DNA of 63,258 bases, the filler included, from Neolecta irregularis DAH-3 (Eukaryota), in NCBI GenBank assembly GCA_001929475.1. It is 11 parts of 11 records of this genome, joined end to end, with 100 filler letters (N's around TTAATTAATTAA, not from the genome) between each part and the next. Parts side by side here need not be neighbours in the genome. Positions count along the whole stretch, not along the records: positions 37,380 to 46,603 come from LXFE01002357.1; positions 46,704 to 49,658 come from LXFE01002361.1; positions 49,759 to 52,239 come from LXFE01002365.1; 8 more parts are not named here. One strand, written 5' to 3'. The translations under genes were made by a program, and so were the position numbers. This document shows positions 37,470-50,084 of the stretch, piece after piece (position 1 is the first letter of the stretch; every line of letters begins with the position of its first letter). The notes beneath the pieces were generated by a model. The model worked only from the letters and a program-made list of their open reading frames with translations, did not search any database and had not been told where the DNA came from.

Positions 37470-37710
37470 GTTGGTCCCCGTAAAAAAGCCCAAGGCTGAG
37501 AAGGTGGCTATTAGCCTGAGCCAAGTTGATTTAAAGACTATGATCAACACCGGCACGCTTAATAAGGTCTAGTTTCTGTAAAGCCGAAGCTAACATTTGT
37601 AGTTAACCGTTGTTCAACTAAAGATAGCACTGCAAGAACTTGGCGTTTCTGTATCCGGTTTAAAGAAAGATGATTTGATTAAACGTATTGAAGAATACTT
37701 AACGAAGTAG
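37470..37710 (+). CDS. 3' end of a SAP-domain gene, probably Ku70 (truncated by contig start)
   Basis: KKPKAEK...GTLNK/LTVVQLKIALQELGVSVSGLKKDDLIKRIEEYLTK*, a C-terminal SAP. Confidence 0.55.
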
Positions 37711-38156
37711 ATTTATTGAGTTATAATAGGTTGGCAGGTGCAGGGGTCTAATGGTTCGACTTGCAATTATATTCCCGAGAATTATTTCCGGCTCCATTCC
37801 CTGGTCATTAAAAGGGGGATCATGAATCAAACTGTGATCAGTCATCTTCATATCTTTTTCTACTACGTACTATCCAAGAAAAAACCTCTATCTGTCTTCT
37901 AGTTTCTGGTTCAGATTATTATATTAACGTGGCCATAGGTTGCTCGATGAAACTCCCTTTAATTAAGCCGAAGGCCAGAATAACCCTATATAAACCGGGG
38001 GCACGTTGATCCTTACCGTGCTAGCAGCCAAACAGGGGACAATAGGTACTACGTAACATATTAAAGCTTACATCCACTCCAAGTGATTCCACTGAGCCTC
38101 TCAATGCTTACTTAATCCTTTGCCCCTTATTGTCATTCAGAAAATCGAAAGGAAAA

Positions 38157-38618
38157 ATGTCCGACTCAATCAAATCGTCACAAAATAAGCCTAAGTTGAT
38201 AACTCCCCAGTCTCTACAGCAAGGATCGGGAAAAGATGATTCAAATTCGCCGACAATAAGAGATTTTGTTGACCAACCCCCGGTCAACGAGTGCATCGAA
38301 CGACAGAGGATCAATAGTCAAATAATTTTCGGCAATGAAATGTCAACCAAGGTGATCGAAGAAGACATCGAAAGAGAACTATCAGACTGGGTATGCTCTT
38401 GCATTGCAACAAATTCCAATCAGTAGATCAACAGTGATGATTTGCATGACCGCCAAACTGAATCTTCTTCCCTGCATCTCAGTGTTAACACTACATCCAC
38501 ACTGGAGCGACATTTGAGTCATCATCAAGTTAAACCAAGAGAAATCGTGGAAAACGTGTGTTCGAGAACAAATACGATTGAACCAGGTAACGAAGATGTT
38601 GAAGCTGAAGGAAGTTGA
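38157..38618 (+). CDS. Hypothetical protein, two exons
   Basis: ATG ORF joined by a GTATGC...TAG intron to a second open frame. Confidence 0.45.
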
Positions 38619-38965
38619 AAAGATAATGAGCCCAATTTCGAACCAGGGATTATTACTAGCATAAGAAACGATATATTCTCCTATTATTATGAGCGATAAC
38701 ATGTATTTGTACATAATGAAATTGGGTGAATGCGACAGTAGATACGCATGTTTTCCTTTCATGTCTGTATTTCGTCTTCCCTTGAAATCAGGTTTCTTGC
38801 AATTTTTTTATCGACTTAAAATAAATGCATAATTTTCAAACTTCTGAAAAGAAAGTTCAACCCTGAATATATGTATTGACAATATTCCTTCGTGTTTAGC
38901 GGAGAGCGAAAACTGAACATCGCTTCACTTACGTCAAATACTCTCGACACAACAGTTTTCAGAGC

Positions 38966-40405
38966 ATGGATGCGTCGAAGCTCAAGGTCGTCGAACTCAA
39001 AGCCGAGCTCTCTGCACGGGGATTATCTACTAAGGGCCTTAAAAAAGATCTCGTCGAGCGACTGCAGGAAGCAGTTGATATAGAAGATAATGCAGAACAG
39101 ACCGGTGATCATGATACTGCAAAAGAAGGACCTATAGGAGATGCAGTGACTGAAAACACAAAAAAGCAAATGCGTGCCGAGAAAAACGAAGTGAATGGCG
39201 ATGCGATGGCAGAAGGAGTTGAAAACTTGGGAAATACAGATGTCGATCAATCTGAAGAACCAGAGTCCGCTACAAAATATGCCTCAAGTAAATTGCATAT
39301 CCAAGAAGAATCGAAAAATGAAACCCCAGGTCAGACCAATCAAAGTGGAGAAAGTGTGGACGAAAAACATGATTTCAATGTATCGAGAGACGGACCTCTT
39401 TTGGGACCAGCAGACCGCAGCTCTGAACCCGCTGAAATCTTGCAAGGATACTCTGAAAATGTTTCTGAGCCTCAGGAAGCCGATGAGCCTGACTTACAAG
39501 AGAGATCACACGAGAGAGACGACCTGAAACCAATCGAAAATAATGCGGAAACAACCAGCCTGGATCCCGGAGCGAACCACCAACTTTCATCAACACCTAA
39601 ATCGCAAGAGATGGACGAAGATAGTCGAATGGATATCTCAGCTATTGATGATGAGTCGAAGAAGCGCAAACGCCGCCCAGCAGATCCTTTCGCTCTGTCA
39701 AATTGTGTAGCTTCAAAAGAGGCTGATTCTGAGCCAGACCTGAAACGTTCACGTACAGAAGAACAGGCGGGTTCTCCGATTTCTACGACAGCAACTGAAT
39801 TGCCCCGCCATACCCCTACCAATTCTCTGTATATCCGCAATTTCTCGCGTCCATTGCAGCAGCAATCATTGAAATCGCACTTACATGCTCTCTCAAGATC
39901 GGAGACATCACAAGATGAAACGATCTTGAAATTTTGGGTCGATTCAATCAAAAGCCATGGGTTTTTCATGTTTGATAGTATTCCTTCGGCTGAGAGCGTC
40001 CGAAATCAATTACACCAGAATGTATGGCCGGAGGAGCGGGGACGTCATAAACTTTGGGCCGATTTTATTCCCGGAGACTTGATTGATCAATGGATTCAAG
40101 AAGAGGAAAGCACGGGCTTGAGGTATCACGTCTGGTATTCCGAGAATGGGGAATGTGAACTCGTTGAGCAAGGAAAGGAAGGTGGAATGAAGAACGTGCC
40201 TAAAGGACCGAGAGCTATGATGGGATCTCTTCAACAAGGTATCTGTTGCCCTGTGAGTTTGTTTATTGCTAATATTCTAGATACGAATGTAAGAGTATTG
40301 ACACTGGAAGAACTTTTTAGGAAAACTGAGTCGAAACCTGCGCTATATTATCTGCCAGTCGATGAGAAAATCGCTGAGCAGAGACAAAACACAGAAGCTA
40401 AATAA
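38966..40405 (+). CDS. Acinus-like protein (SAP, RRM and RSB motif)
   Basis: LKVVELKAELSARGLSTKGLKKDLVERL; TNSLYIRNFSRP..DSIKSHGF..WP...KLWADF; TLEELFRKTESKPALYYLP. Confidence 0.85.
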   Translation: MDASKLKVVELKAELSARGLSTKGLKKDLVERLQEAVDIEDNAEQTGDHDTAKEGPIGDAVTENTKKQMRAEKNEVNGDAMAEGVENLGNTDVDQSEEPESATKYASSKLHIQEESKNETPGQTNQSGESVDEKHDFNVSRDGPLLGPADRSSEPAEILQGYSENVSEPQEADEPDLQERSHERDDLKPIENNAETTSLDPGANHQLSSTPKSQEMDEDSRMDISAIDDESKKRKRRPADPFALSNCVASKEADSEPDLKRSRTEEQAGSPISTTATELPRHTPTNSLYIRNFSRPLQQQSLKSHLHALSRSETSQDETILKFWVDSIKSHGFFMFDSIPSAESVRNQLHQNVWPEERGRHKLWADFIPGDLIDQWIQEEESTGLRYHVWYSENGECELVEQGKEGGMKNVPKGPRAMMGSLQQGICCPVSLFIANILDTNVRVLTLEELFRKTESKPALYYLPVDEKIAEQRQNTEAK

Positions 40406-40465
40406 GAATAATCTATTCGTGATGAGCATTTTTTTCAATGGAAGGAAACTATCTACAAACATATA

Positions 40466-41346
40466 TTACTGGATAGCCCCGACTTCTTTAAGTCTAGATA
40501 TTAGTTCGTCAACATTTTTGACTTTGGCTCCGCCTTTCCGAGCGGGTGGTTCAGTCACTTTAATCGTCTTCAAACGAGGATATATGTCAATTCCAAGGTC
40601 CTCCGCTTTGATACTTTTGATAGGCTTTTTCTTTGCTTTCATGATGTTGGGGAGCGAGACTAGACGAGGTTCATTGAGTCTGCCAAACGTCAATGTGATT
40701 GTTGAGTAATGGAAGGCTACCTGAGATCCGTGGTAATGATCAAAGGAACATTGGCTGCGATGATCTCTTGTCCGCCGTCGATTTCTCTCGTGACGCGAAA
40801 TTTATCATCCTTGAATTCAACTTTCGCCGCGCAAGTGCACTGATTGTCTGAACTCCATATCATGGAAGTCTTTATACCTGAGGCCAATTTAATAATCCAG
40901 CCAACATCTGACCCGTCTGAGAACAATCGTCATCTATTGCCTGTTTGCCCAGAATAACCAGATTACATCCCTCGTCCTGCACTAATTTCTTCAAAAGTTT
41001 AGCTACTGCTAGTGGCTCCAATTCTTGATCCGTCTCAATGAGTATTGATCGGTCTGCACCCATTCCCATAGCAGTTCGAAGTATATCTGCCGATTTCGCA
41101 GGTCCCGCAGAAACAGCAATTATCTCGCTAACATTCTCTTTTAGAATCTCGCGAAGGCGAACAGCTTCTTCCATTGCAATTGCACAGAATGGATTCATGC
41201 TCATTTTAACATTTGCTTTGCTATGAGAAGAATTTCGAAATTTATAAGATACCTGTCTCGACGGCTGTCTGGGCACGATTCACGCGAGGACGAATCGCAT
41301 GATCAATCACTCGTTTTACAGGAATCAGTATCTTGAGGCTAGACAT
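40466..41346 (-). CDS. CIR1: Electron transfer flavoprotein beta subunit, multi-exon
   Basis: [60 protein letters not shown]. Confidence 0.95.
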
Positions 41347-41440
41347 GCTGAAGTGGTCTGTGGGTGTTGAAAGCGGAGAAGTGTCACGAGAGGATTAGAA
41401 TTGATTGCGACAATCCAGCGGCGGCAACTGATGGTAGCTG

Positions 41441-41590
41441 TAACACACAGGTTGTAGTTGTAGAGCCTTTGAGGAGAAATCGATTCTTTGATTCTTAGCG
41501 GGATCATTATCCACCCGTCCTACAAATGTGCATATACAGGACTAATAGATTTACAAGTACGAGCCACGCACCTCATTGTAGTAAACCAAG
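41441..41590 (+). repeat. Repeat family A copy, ~95 nt upstream of the ETF-beta ATG
   Basis: Matches 3775-3910 and 26962-27036. Confidence 0.75.
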
Positions 41591-43097
41591 GGAGCGTATA
41601 ATAATAGAAAATCTATCAGATAACCGCAAGATACTACTTGTACCATTTTCGGATGACAGTAGCTCTACGTAAAATACGTCTTTTCAATATATATTGTATT
41701 TGAATATTTGAAGATTCGGTCGGGTGATTCAGATCGGTTAATATCTCAATAATTCTAAATTCTCAAGTCTCTCTTTCCCATCAGAGCTTTTCTTTTAATC
41801 AGCACTGAAAACCTTCTTGACATTTCAGTTGAGGTTTTCATTCAGCTTTGGCTTAAACTTCGTCATATGGGAGAGACTTAAAAACAACACCTTATTCATC
41901 GACCTCTTACATTTCTCTGCCTTGGTCATTCGGGTTGAAAAACCTATATGTCATATTCAAACCTCCAGTCGCTGCCGTACCCCGACTGGACGAAATTTGC
42001 TGTCTTCAACAAGGGGCGAAAAAGGTGTAAGAACTGTTCGAGAACCAACCTTCAGATTTCCGTTCTAGCAGTGTCATCGAGATGTGCAAATCCCATTGGT
42101 CGATAGGATTATTCTCTCTGTATGACCAACCTTGTAGGTTGCTTTCAAAGCTTTAGTGAGAGTTTTCATCATTAGGTGGTGTGGAGTTCCAGTCAGTCCA
42201 ACCGCAACTCTGGTGTGGAATTAAATCTCCATACGTCTATTTGTACACCAGATTTTAATCCTGCATGCTCTAAGAACGATGCTTAATACGATGTAATATT
42301 TCCTTGTTAAGAGTTATCTTACTTTGTTACTTTAATCCCAACAATCAGTCTTTCAGTCTGTCGTAAAGAATTACTACGAGGATATCCGCCTAAAACAATT
42401 AGAAGAAAAGGCGTTGAGAATGAAATTTTTAGGGGGAGTACACGGCGGATGAAAGGAGCACTAGTTGATTGATTCCCTATAACATAGCCGGCATATATAT
42501 TAGGCCTGTCGTTTGATTATAATCAGGGTTGGTTGAATAAACAGCACCCTTTCAGTTTATCTTCAGATTTGATCGTATATATATATCACATATAATTAAA
42601 GTTAATTTACTAAGATCCTCGAACGATCAGACAGTTGACGACAAGTCATCAGAAAAGTTAGCTTAGTCCGAGAGAGAGAGAGCTCAGTGAGATCCTAAGA
42701 CGGAATGAGGCAAGTATTTCTGGAGTGACCTTCACAAAGTTAAACATTTAGAGCGTTTTTTTTCGTTCCTGGGGCGATGGATCCTGAGGGACTTGAAGGG
42801 ATTTATCTGGATTAGCACCATGAGTATATTCATTGCGGTAATTCAGAGCATCACAGTACGTTTTCAGCAAGATTTGCTTAATGGGGAGCTTAACGGGATC
42901 GTCTTACATCAAGATATAATCAGGTCATAGTGCTAGTGTCTCACAACGGTAACAAAGCAGCATTCTCTGAGTAATATAGAATGTAGAAAGATTAAAAAGC
43001 AAAGCGGATCATAACGATCTCGATACTAAGAAACTTGGGCAAAAACACGTTCTCGCGCTNNNNNNNNNNAGCAAAGCGGATCATAACGATCTCGATA

Positions 43098-44547
43098 CTA
43101 AGAAACTTGGGCAAAAACACGTTCTCGCGCTTTAACATCGGCTAAGAAAGAATTTCCAGCCATCAACATTGTGTACTTCTGCGGGTTCAGACTCTTATAT
43201 TTTCGAATGTCCTCAAGATAAGCATCAAACAGAGGTGCAGAATCTTGTGGTCCACCTAAGATGTAAATATACTTTCTATTTCTTTATTAGTACCTTTTGC
43301 TTCAGGGTGGAACTGGGTTGACATGATGGCTCGAGTAGTATGAAACATGCCTTCGTTTGAACCATCGTTGAGATTAATAAAGAGAGGCTTCCAGTCTGGA
43401 GGAAGGGTGTTGGCATCGACTGCGTATCCATGGTTTTGACTGGTAATGTAGCACTCACCGCTAACGAGATTTTTCACGCCAATATTGTGGGCTCGATTGC
43501 CGTACTGGCTGGTTAATTTTGAAATAGACGTGACGAGCTACCTTCAGTTTGATCGTTTTTGCACCAGCTGCCAATGCAAGAAGTTGATGACCAAGACAAA
43601 TACCCATGATTGGGCCTTCATAGGATTGAAGCAGACACCGAAGAGTTTCAATGGTTTTTGTACAGTGGGTTGGATCTCCAGGACCGTTTGAAATGAAGAT
43701 CCCATCGAAAAAGTGAGCAATTTGGTGAATAGGGTAATCAAAAGGGAAGACGGTAGAATTTATTCCTCGCCTAGCGAGACATCGGAGGATATTCTCTTTG
43801 ACGCCGCAATCGATAACAGCGACATGGGTGTCTCCGCCACAATCAATGTGAAAGGGTTGTAATGTGGAGACTCGAGAAACGAGATTAACTTGATCAGAGT
43901 CGATGAATGCTGCATCATCATCAGCGTCGTATTCATCACCAATGTTGATCTTTGCAAGAGAAGATCCTTGCTCGCGAAGATAAGTAACGATAGCCCGGGT
44001 ATCAACTCCAGAGACAGCCGCTATTCCTTCTCTAGTACACCACTCACCAAGGCTTTCGACGGCAGTCCAATGAGAATATCTCAGAGCAGAGTCTGCAACA
44101 ACAATACCTGAACATTGAATGTTAGGGCTCTCGAAGAACTTTAGGAGATTGAACTCATCTCGCGCGGAAGAACTCGGAACGCCATAATTTCCTGATAGGT
44201 TAGAAATCTACGAGGTTTTGATGTACCAATGAGAGGTTGTGTAAAAACCAAGAGTTGACCCTGATAGGATGGATCTGTCATACTTTCCGGATAGCCGACA
44301 AGCGATGTAGTAAAGACTGCTTCTCCAGAGACATTCCTTTTAGCTCCAAATGAATGTCCATGGAAGATTGGTCCATTCTATAATATCAAGATAAGCTAAT
44401 TTCAGTGACTCATACTCGAATAGTGAATGTCGCTCGATCAGTCAACACAGGGTGAAATTTTGGAGGAGCTCCGGGAAGAGAGCCGTTGGCGCTCACAACA
44501 GTTGCGAAAGTTCGTTTGTGCAATAACTGCTGTAGTAAACGCAACAT
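43098..44547 (-). CDS. CPA1: Arginine-specific carbamoyl-phosphate synthase small subunit with mitochondrial presequence, multi-exon
   Basis: [16 protein letters not shown] presequence, [69 protein letters not shown]. Confidence 0.95.
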
Positions 44548-44557
44548 TGACGATGAT

Positions 44558-44668
44558 TTATGAGGAGTTTTTGAATACTGGCAGGTCAGCAGAGTCTGGG
44601 ATTACTGGAATACTATGATCAGACAAGTAGTCAATAGAAACCTGGCAGACAGATCCAAGCAATTGCAT
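44558..44668 (-). promoter_or_regulatory. Arginine attenuator peptide (AAP) uORF, 24 aa, split by a 36-nt intron (44578-44613)
   Basis: Spliced product MQLLGSVCQVSIDYLSDHIFKNSS* aligns with yeast CPA1 AAP ...DYISDHIWKTSSH and N. crassa ...DYLSDHLWRA; stop lies 10 nt before the CPA1 ATG. Confidence 0.88.
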
Positions 44669-45299
44669 GCAGTTTATGGGGGACACTGGGAAAAGCGAAG
44701 AGCAGGGTCTGGGGCAACTACTCTTTAAGCCCCATCTTTCAACACGCATGTTACACAGATAGTACACCCACATACCAACCAACGAGATCTGTCCAAATAT
44801 GCATTTTTCTGTAATATTATATATTGTAACTACAGCGAAAGCTTCAGAATATTGAGTTTCAGTGCAAAGATATACCATTGGTATACTTTACCAAAGCAAC
44901 AGATGGCGTGCAATAATATTGCAGCTTTGGGAATGCGAGTATATAAGACGGAATGAGAGAGCTACCTAATCTAAGTTCTAAGGTCACTAAGATTAGGAAA
45001 TATACCCTAGTCTTATCGTAATTCGTAACTGAACCTCGTCACTTACATTCAGAATACAACGAGTTCTTCACGACAATCCTACATGTCACTCCAAAAGATA
45101 TTGGCTAGAAGATTATGCACGTGCGTAATCACGTTCCAGCAGGTTCCAAACCGGCTACAAGGTTGCAATGGATCAACGCCATTCACACGTAAAGAAAATT
45201 GAACCCATGAATATTCTATTTAACAGATTTATATTTTCCTTGCTAAATTTCAAGCTAAGAAAGTCATTGTAACTGTAAGTAGTGAAGCGTAGGGTACAA

Positions 45300-45590
45300 A
45301 TAAGATCCAATTATATTTCCTTAGCCTTAACCTAAGTAATCAGACCTTTATGCTTAGGTTAAGATATGCTGGCTCTGCCTTTATATACTCTCTATACTAA
45401 TTGCCCTTATTTAATTCTACGCCCCGTACTGAATTGGTAAGATATATCCAGGTAACGTGTAAGCTTAACGCCAGAAGTTATAAATAAGACCAGGATATAT
45501 CTCTAGCCTAAGTATTGTAACTCCGTACAGGGACATACCTAGCCTAAGGGTTGTAACTCAGGCTAGGTAAAACTATAAACTCCGCTACTT
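45300..45590. mobile_element. LTR family G fragment
   Basis: CTAGCCTAAGTATTGTAACT and GGGACATACCTAGCCTAA motifs shared with ~54270-54400 (inverted) and 59989-60294. Confidence 0.6.
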
Positions 45591-46010
45591 ATTCCACAAA
45601 CGCCTGATTACTGTATTGGTAAGGTGTACCGACTGGGTATATCCTTACATAATGCCCCAGATATATCGTTACAGTATCTGCGACGGATTCGCTAACACTA
45701 GCATTCATATCTCCACAAAAACGAATTTTTGGAGACGACATTGTCCAATAGCAGGATACATTAGATTCGAGACTAAGTCAAGCAACAGACGAAAGAGAAA
45801 TATAAAAGAATGGGCTGAAGTACGGCCCAATCACCTAGCTTACCGAGCAAACAATGAACATGTAGAAAATGTTATCTGATTTCTGTTAAATGCTACTGTT
45901 TTAGCTTAAAGTGTATTATCTCTGCATCCTATATATAAATTAACAGGTATATACAACATATACGCCTAAGGAGTATTCAACAAAGAGACAAGATCAAAGT
46001 TACAGTGAAG

Positions 46011-46596
46011 TCAGTCTGCTTTTACCATGGTGAAAATTTCCCCAAGAATAGGGTCAAGCTCTGGCCGCTGCTCTTTTCGAATCAACTCTCTGAACCCGTG
46101 ATGTTCTCTCAATTCTTCCCATTCGCTCCTGAGATACTTCATGTACATTTTTCGTATGTCTTCGTAGGTGAAAGCGAGACCAACTTCTCCGAACAGTAAA
46201 GGCCCAATTGTGTCGGTAGTAAGGTTGGCTGAGATGTATTGGCGAGCTCTGTTTTGAAGAGACGGAAGAAGAAAATAGTCTGCTAAACAGAAGATATGCT
46301 CAGCTTCGGAGACAGATGAAAATATAATGAAGTCAGTGTAAAGATAGAGTAACACTGAGCGGAAGACAACGGGATCGGCTTTGACTTTTATCACAACATA
46401 CTCGCGATCTTTAGAAGTTGATGGAGGCGAGACAGGTGGGNNNNNNNNNNGCAAACGCCTGATTACTGTATTGGTAAGGTGTACTGACTGGGTATATCCT
46501 TACATAATGCCCCAGATATATCGTTACAGTATCTGCCACGGATTCGCTAACACTAGCATTCATATCTCCACAAAAACGAATTTTTGGAGACGACAT
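46011..46596 (-). CDS. BTB/POZ-domain protein, interrupted by a gap
   Basis: ADPVVFRSVLLYLYTD, IFCLADYFLLPSLQNRA is a BTB/BACK-like C-terminal signature; the putative 5' exon is duplicated at 45597-45747. Confidence 0.7.
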
Positions 46597-46703
46597 TGTC
46601 CAANNNNNNNNNNNNNNNNNNNNNNNNNNNNNNNNNNNNNNNNNNNNTTAATTAATTAANNNNNNNNNNNNNNNNNNNNNNNNNNNNNNNNNNNNNNNNN
46701 NNN

Positions 46704-48050
46704 TAAGCCTTCATCTGCCATTGAATCGATGGTAGTCTTCCGGTCAATAGTTTCAAAAATCTTCTTCCCAGCTCCTGCAGCAGTTGTAAATGATGTAATA
46801 TTTGGCGCGATCTGACTCATCGACATAGACCCCATTACGACGGCGAAGAAGACGTTAACGACAATACCAGCTGTAAGTTCTCCTTGAATCACCATTCGGG
46901 CACCTTCCCAAAATGCAAGTGCCTACCTTGATAAGTAATTGATAGAAAGTCAACGATACTTACGTAGGCAGAATATAGGACAAACCAAATAATTGCCCCC
47001 ATAAGCCCTAACGCAATAGATTTCTTTTTACCTTCTTTGTAGGCAAGCCTAAGGTGACCATAATACATCGCCGAAATCATTTCCTGAGTTCCGAAAGCTT
47101 GAGCGGTACGAATACTGCTGAAAACCTCCTCCGCCAAAGCCCCTCCAGAAGAATAATGATCCAGTGCGGCATTCGCAAACTTCCTGAGGTAGGTTGAAAC
47201 TGTTCCCAACGTTACACAGAGAAATGGAATTGTGGAGGATAAAACCAAAGCGAGCTTCCAGTTTTTAATAAACGCAATAATGAAGGCGCTGAAGAATGTT
47301 GCGATGGCAGTACAACAAACGGCAGCCTTTTCAGAGATACCTTCTTGGATTAGAGCGGTATCGCTGAACTTTAGTGAGATGATAGTAGTAGAGCAGATAC
47401 TTTGTTATACGCGTAGTGACTTCTCCAGCGCCGAGCTTATCAAAGTATGCGATATTTTGTCGCATAATTGCTCGCAAGTACTGCTCCCGGATTTGCTTCG
47501 TTATTCGTTCTCCTGTAAACATCCACGAAAATGTGCAGATAAATGTAGATATGAAGACAACAATAGCCTTGATTTCAGTACAAGTCAAGGCGATGCAATA
47601 CAAGATAGACGAAGTATAAAGTGTCTTTGTTAACTTGCCTTTGGAATTCATGAGCATTACCGGACCCATTTGGTCGAAAGTACTTTGAACAATCAACAAC
47701 CCCTAATATGACATGTAGATACATCGGCGAATGTATCGGTGAGCTGACCAAATACAATCGAAAGCAGGGGCGTGGATGCACCAGCTGTAGACATTAGCTT
47801 CAGGTTCATCTACTTGTTTCGTCTTCAGACCAATGCATGCTGCAACGACACCGAGGAACATTAAGGCGTAATCCAATATAGTTGCATATCGGTACAATGC
47901 GAAGTATCCAACATCGCCCACTTGAGTATTCGATTGTCGTAGAACAATGGCGCGTTCTTCAAGAGACAACTGAGCAAGTGGTCCGTCTTGAATTATCTCA
48001 AACTCGGTCGTACTAGATTCCATAGTGGTGCATTTCTGTCCCGTCCCCAT
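46704..48050 (-). CDS. ABCB/MDR-type ABC transporter, 5' part only (contig end)
   Basis: GYFALYRYAT, TGERITKQIREQYLRAIMRQNIAYFDKLGAGEVTTRIT, GISEK, AEEVFSSIRTAQAFG, AGAGKKIFETIDRK. Confidence 0.92.
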
Positions 48051-48958
48051 CCAGTAGCGAACAAGAGGCGTATGAGAGACGATGGGGTTGAATCATGTTG
48101 GGCGTAGCAAAGATATATTAATGAGGGCCCGGAGATAAAACGGGGTTAATAGAATCAAAACTAAGTCAAACATACCGCCAGGGTGTACTTCACTAAAAGA
48201 ACCAGAGGAGAACCATTCTAACATAATAAAAACAAGCTAACAATTAGCCATGTCTATAACGTAAGTGGCCACAGGGCAGGTGTAACATGTAGATCCAAAT
48301 AATGTTGGCTGAGATCCATGTGTACGATTGACTAGGATTATATTTCTAGCTTAAGTTGCGAGAACCTTCTGGGTATGAAACCTGAGCTGAAACTGTGAGA
48401 ACCTAAGCTGAGTATAACAGGCTCACCGTTTATTGCTAACCCTTTTACTGCCAAGTTATTGAATGCATTGGAAAGGATGTTGTATATCCTGCAAATACGA
48501 ATGGGATGATAAAGAAAAGGCGCTTTTTAAAGAAAGGGCATAACTATGGTATTAGAGTAGCTAGATAGGTAGCAAGCATATTTGCTTCGAAACCTTTCCT
48601 CGATCTCACTGACCCGATTATAGTCTATCATCTTAATTTTTACTATTCTTGGTAATAATCCGTCGTACGTAGGACATCAATTTGAGAATCGATCTTGAAC
48701 ACTGTTCTGCAGGATGTTTCCTTCAGAAACAAGTTTCCACCACATCCCAATAGAGGACTAAATTTCTCCAGTCTTACGCGACACTTGTGACAGCAGGGAA
48801 AAGCTTCGGTGGTAAGACCTACCCACCTGATATTGGTTATAACATCTCTATTTCCCTATTATAGGGGCACTAATTTCTCACCTGAATGCAATATCATGGT
48901 CATGTTGCTATTGTCAAAAGAAAAAGGGGGAATTACCAAACCCTTGTTTATTCTAGCG

Positions 48959-49251
48959 TGTCATAAAGAAATCCTAAACTGAGGATTTTCGTCTAATGCA
49001 ACACTATCGGGACTCCTCACTCAAGCTCCCTCCTCCCCTCACCCTCTGCGATTTTTATTATCACCAATCTCACTTACAATTCACTATCCTATCTACTTTA
49101 GCACAGTCCTTTCGCCCCACTTGCTACATACAATGCAAAGAATATCAAAAGAATCAATAACAACTAGAACCCCATTCTCGCCCCATCAAACACTCACTCT
49201 ATTCTCCATCTTTTTCACGACTTTAACCCTTGGGACAGATTCTGTGCAACA
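48959..49251 (+). mobile_element. Probable solo LTR, family D
   Basis: TGTCA...CAACA ends; 3' CCATC.TTT..CGAC.TTA.CCCTTGGGAC.GATTCTG.GC.ACA shared with ~56350-56404; no clear TSD. Confidence 0.5.
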
Positions 49252-50084
49252 GGCGGATCAAAATTTGTATTTTGCTTATGATGATAGAACGATATAAAAA
49301 GATATCCCAATTAAAGGCTCATGGGAGGCAAGTAAGTATATTGCTCCTAGAACACTTTAAAGCACCGCAAGTAACACGGAAACACGCATTTCCTGTTACA
49401 GCGACAAACCTCACCTCCCTCACGTCTACCCTCTACCACTATCCCTATCTACCCCAACAATTATCCCCTCCTGCTCCTTCAGAACTCCCATCACAATCCC
49501 ATATCGTCACATCATTTACCTTAACTATCTTGTGCGGCATTTTTAGACATTTTCAGCACGCGGTCAGCCAAAACCTACGACGCCTTTCTACGTTTAACTT
49601 TGAAGAACTAGGTCATTGGATCGGTCTGGCTCGCCATCGGTCTCTCGTATAGGGGAAANNNNNNNNNNNNNNNNNNNNNNNNNNNNNNNNNNNNNNNNNN
49701 NNTTAATTAATTAANNNNNNNNNNNNNNNNNNNNNNNNNNNNNNNNNNNNNNNNNNNNGCGTCCTCGCGGGCGTCGTCGCAGTCGATGCCTCGCACTGTG
49801 CCGACTGCTCCCGGTTCGCGAACCTCGCCCTGTCGCTGCCAAGGCTAAGCCCCCGACCCTGTACTGCACCCCAAGGCTTAGAGGTTCTCTTGGGCTCCGC
49901 AGAGGTAAGTGGTAGGAGCTGATACGATTTCGCCTATAGGGCAGGAAGTGTAACAACAAAAGTTACAAGGATCTCGTGGTATAGACAGGTATATAGGTTA
50001 TTAGTATATAGGAAGCAGTGTTGGGGATGGACCATGTACTGGACTAGGGAAAAACCCTGGTCCATCCGGTCCATGGACTACGTC

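Noticed and set aside
39472-39969. Long antisense ORFs (also 24259-24723 and others)
   Set aside because: Shadows of well-supported genes on the opposite strand
41700-42950. Possible gene, group I intron or NUMT in AT-rich intergenic DNA
   Set aside because: No sustained reading frame or complete conserved motif set that I can support
42998-43131. 62-nt tandem duplication of the CPA1 3' end
   Set aside because: Identical copies flank a 10-N gap, typical of unmerged contig overlap
8756-44547. Arginine gene cluster (ARG2 plus CPA1)
   Set aside because: The genes are about 33 kb apart and separated by two linkers, so they are on different contigs
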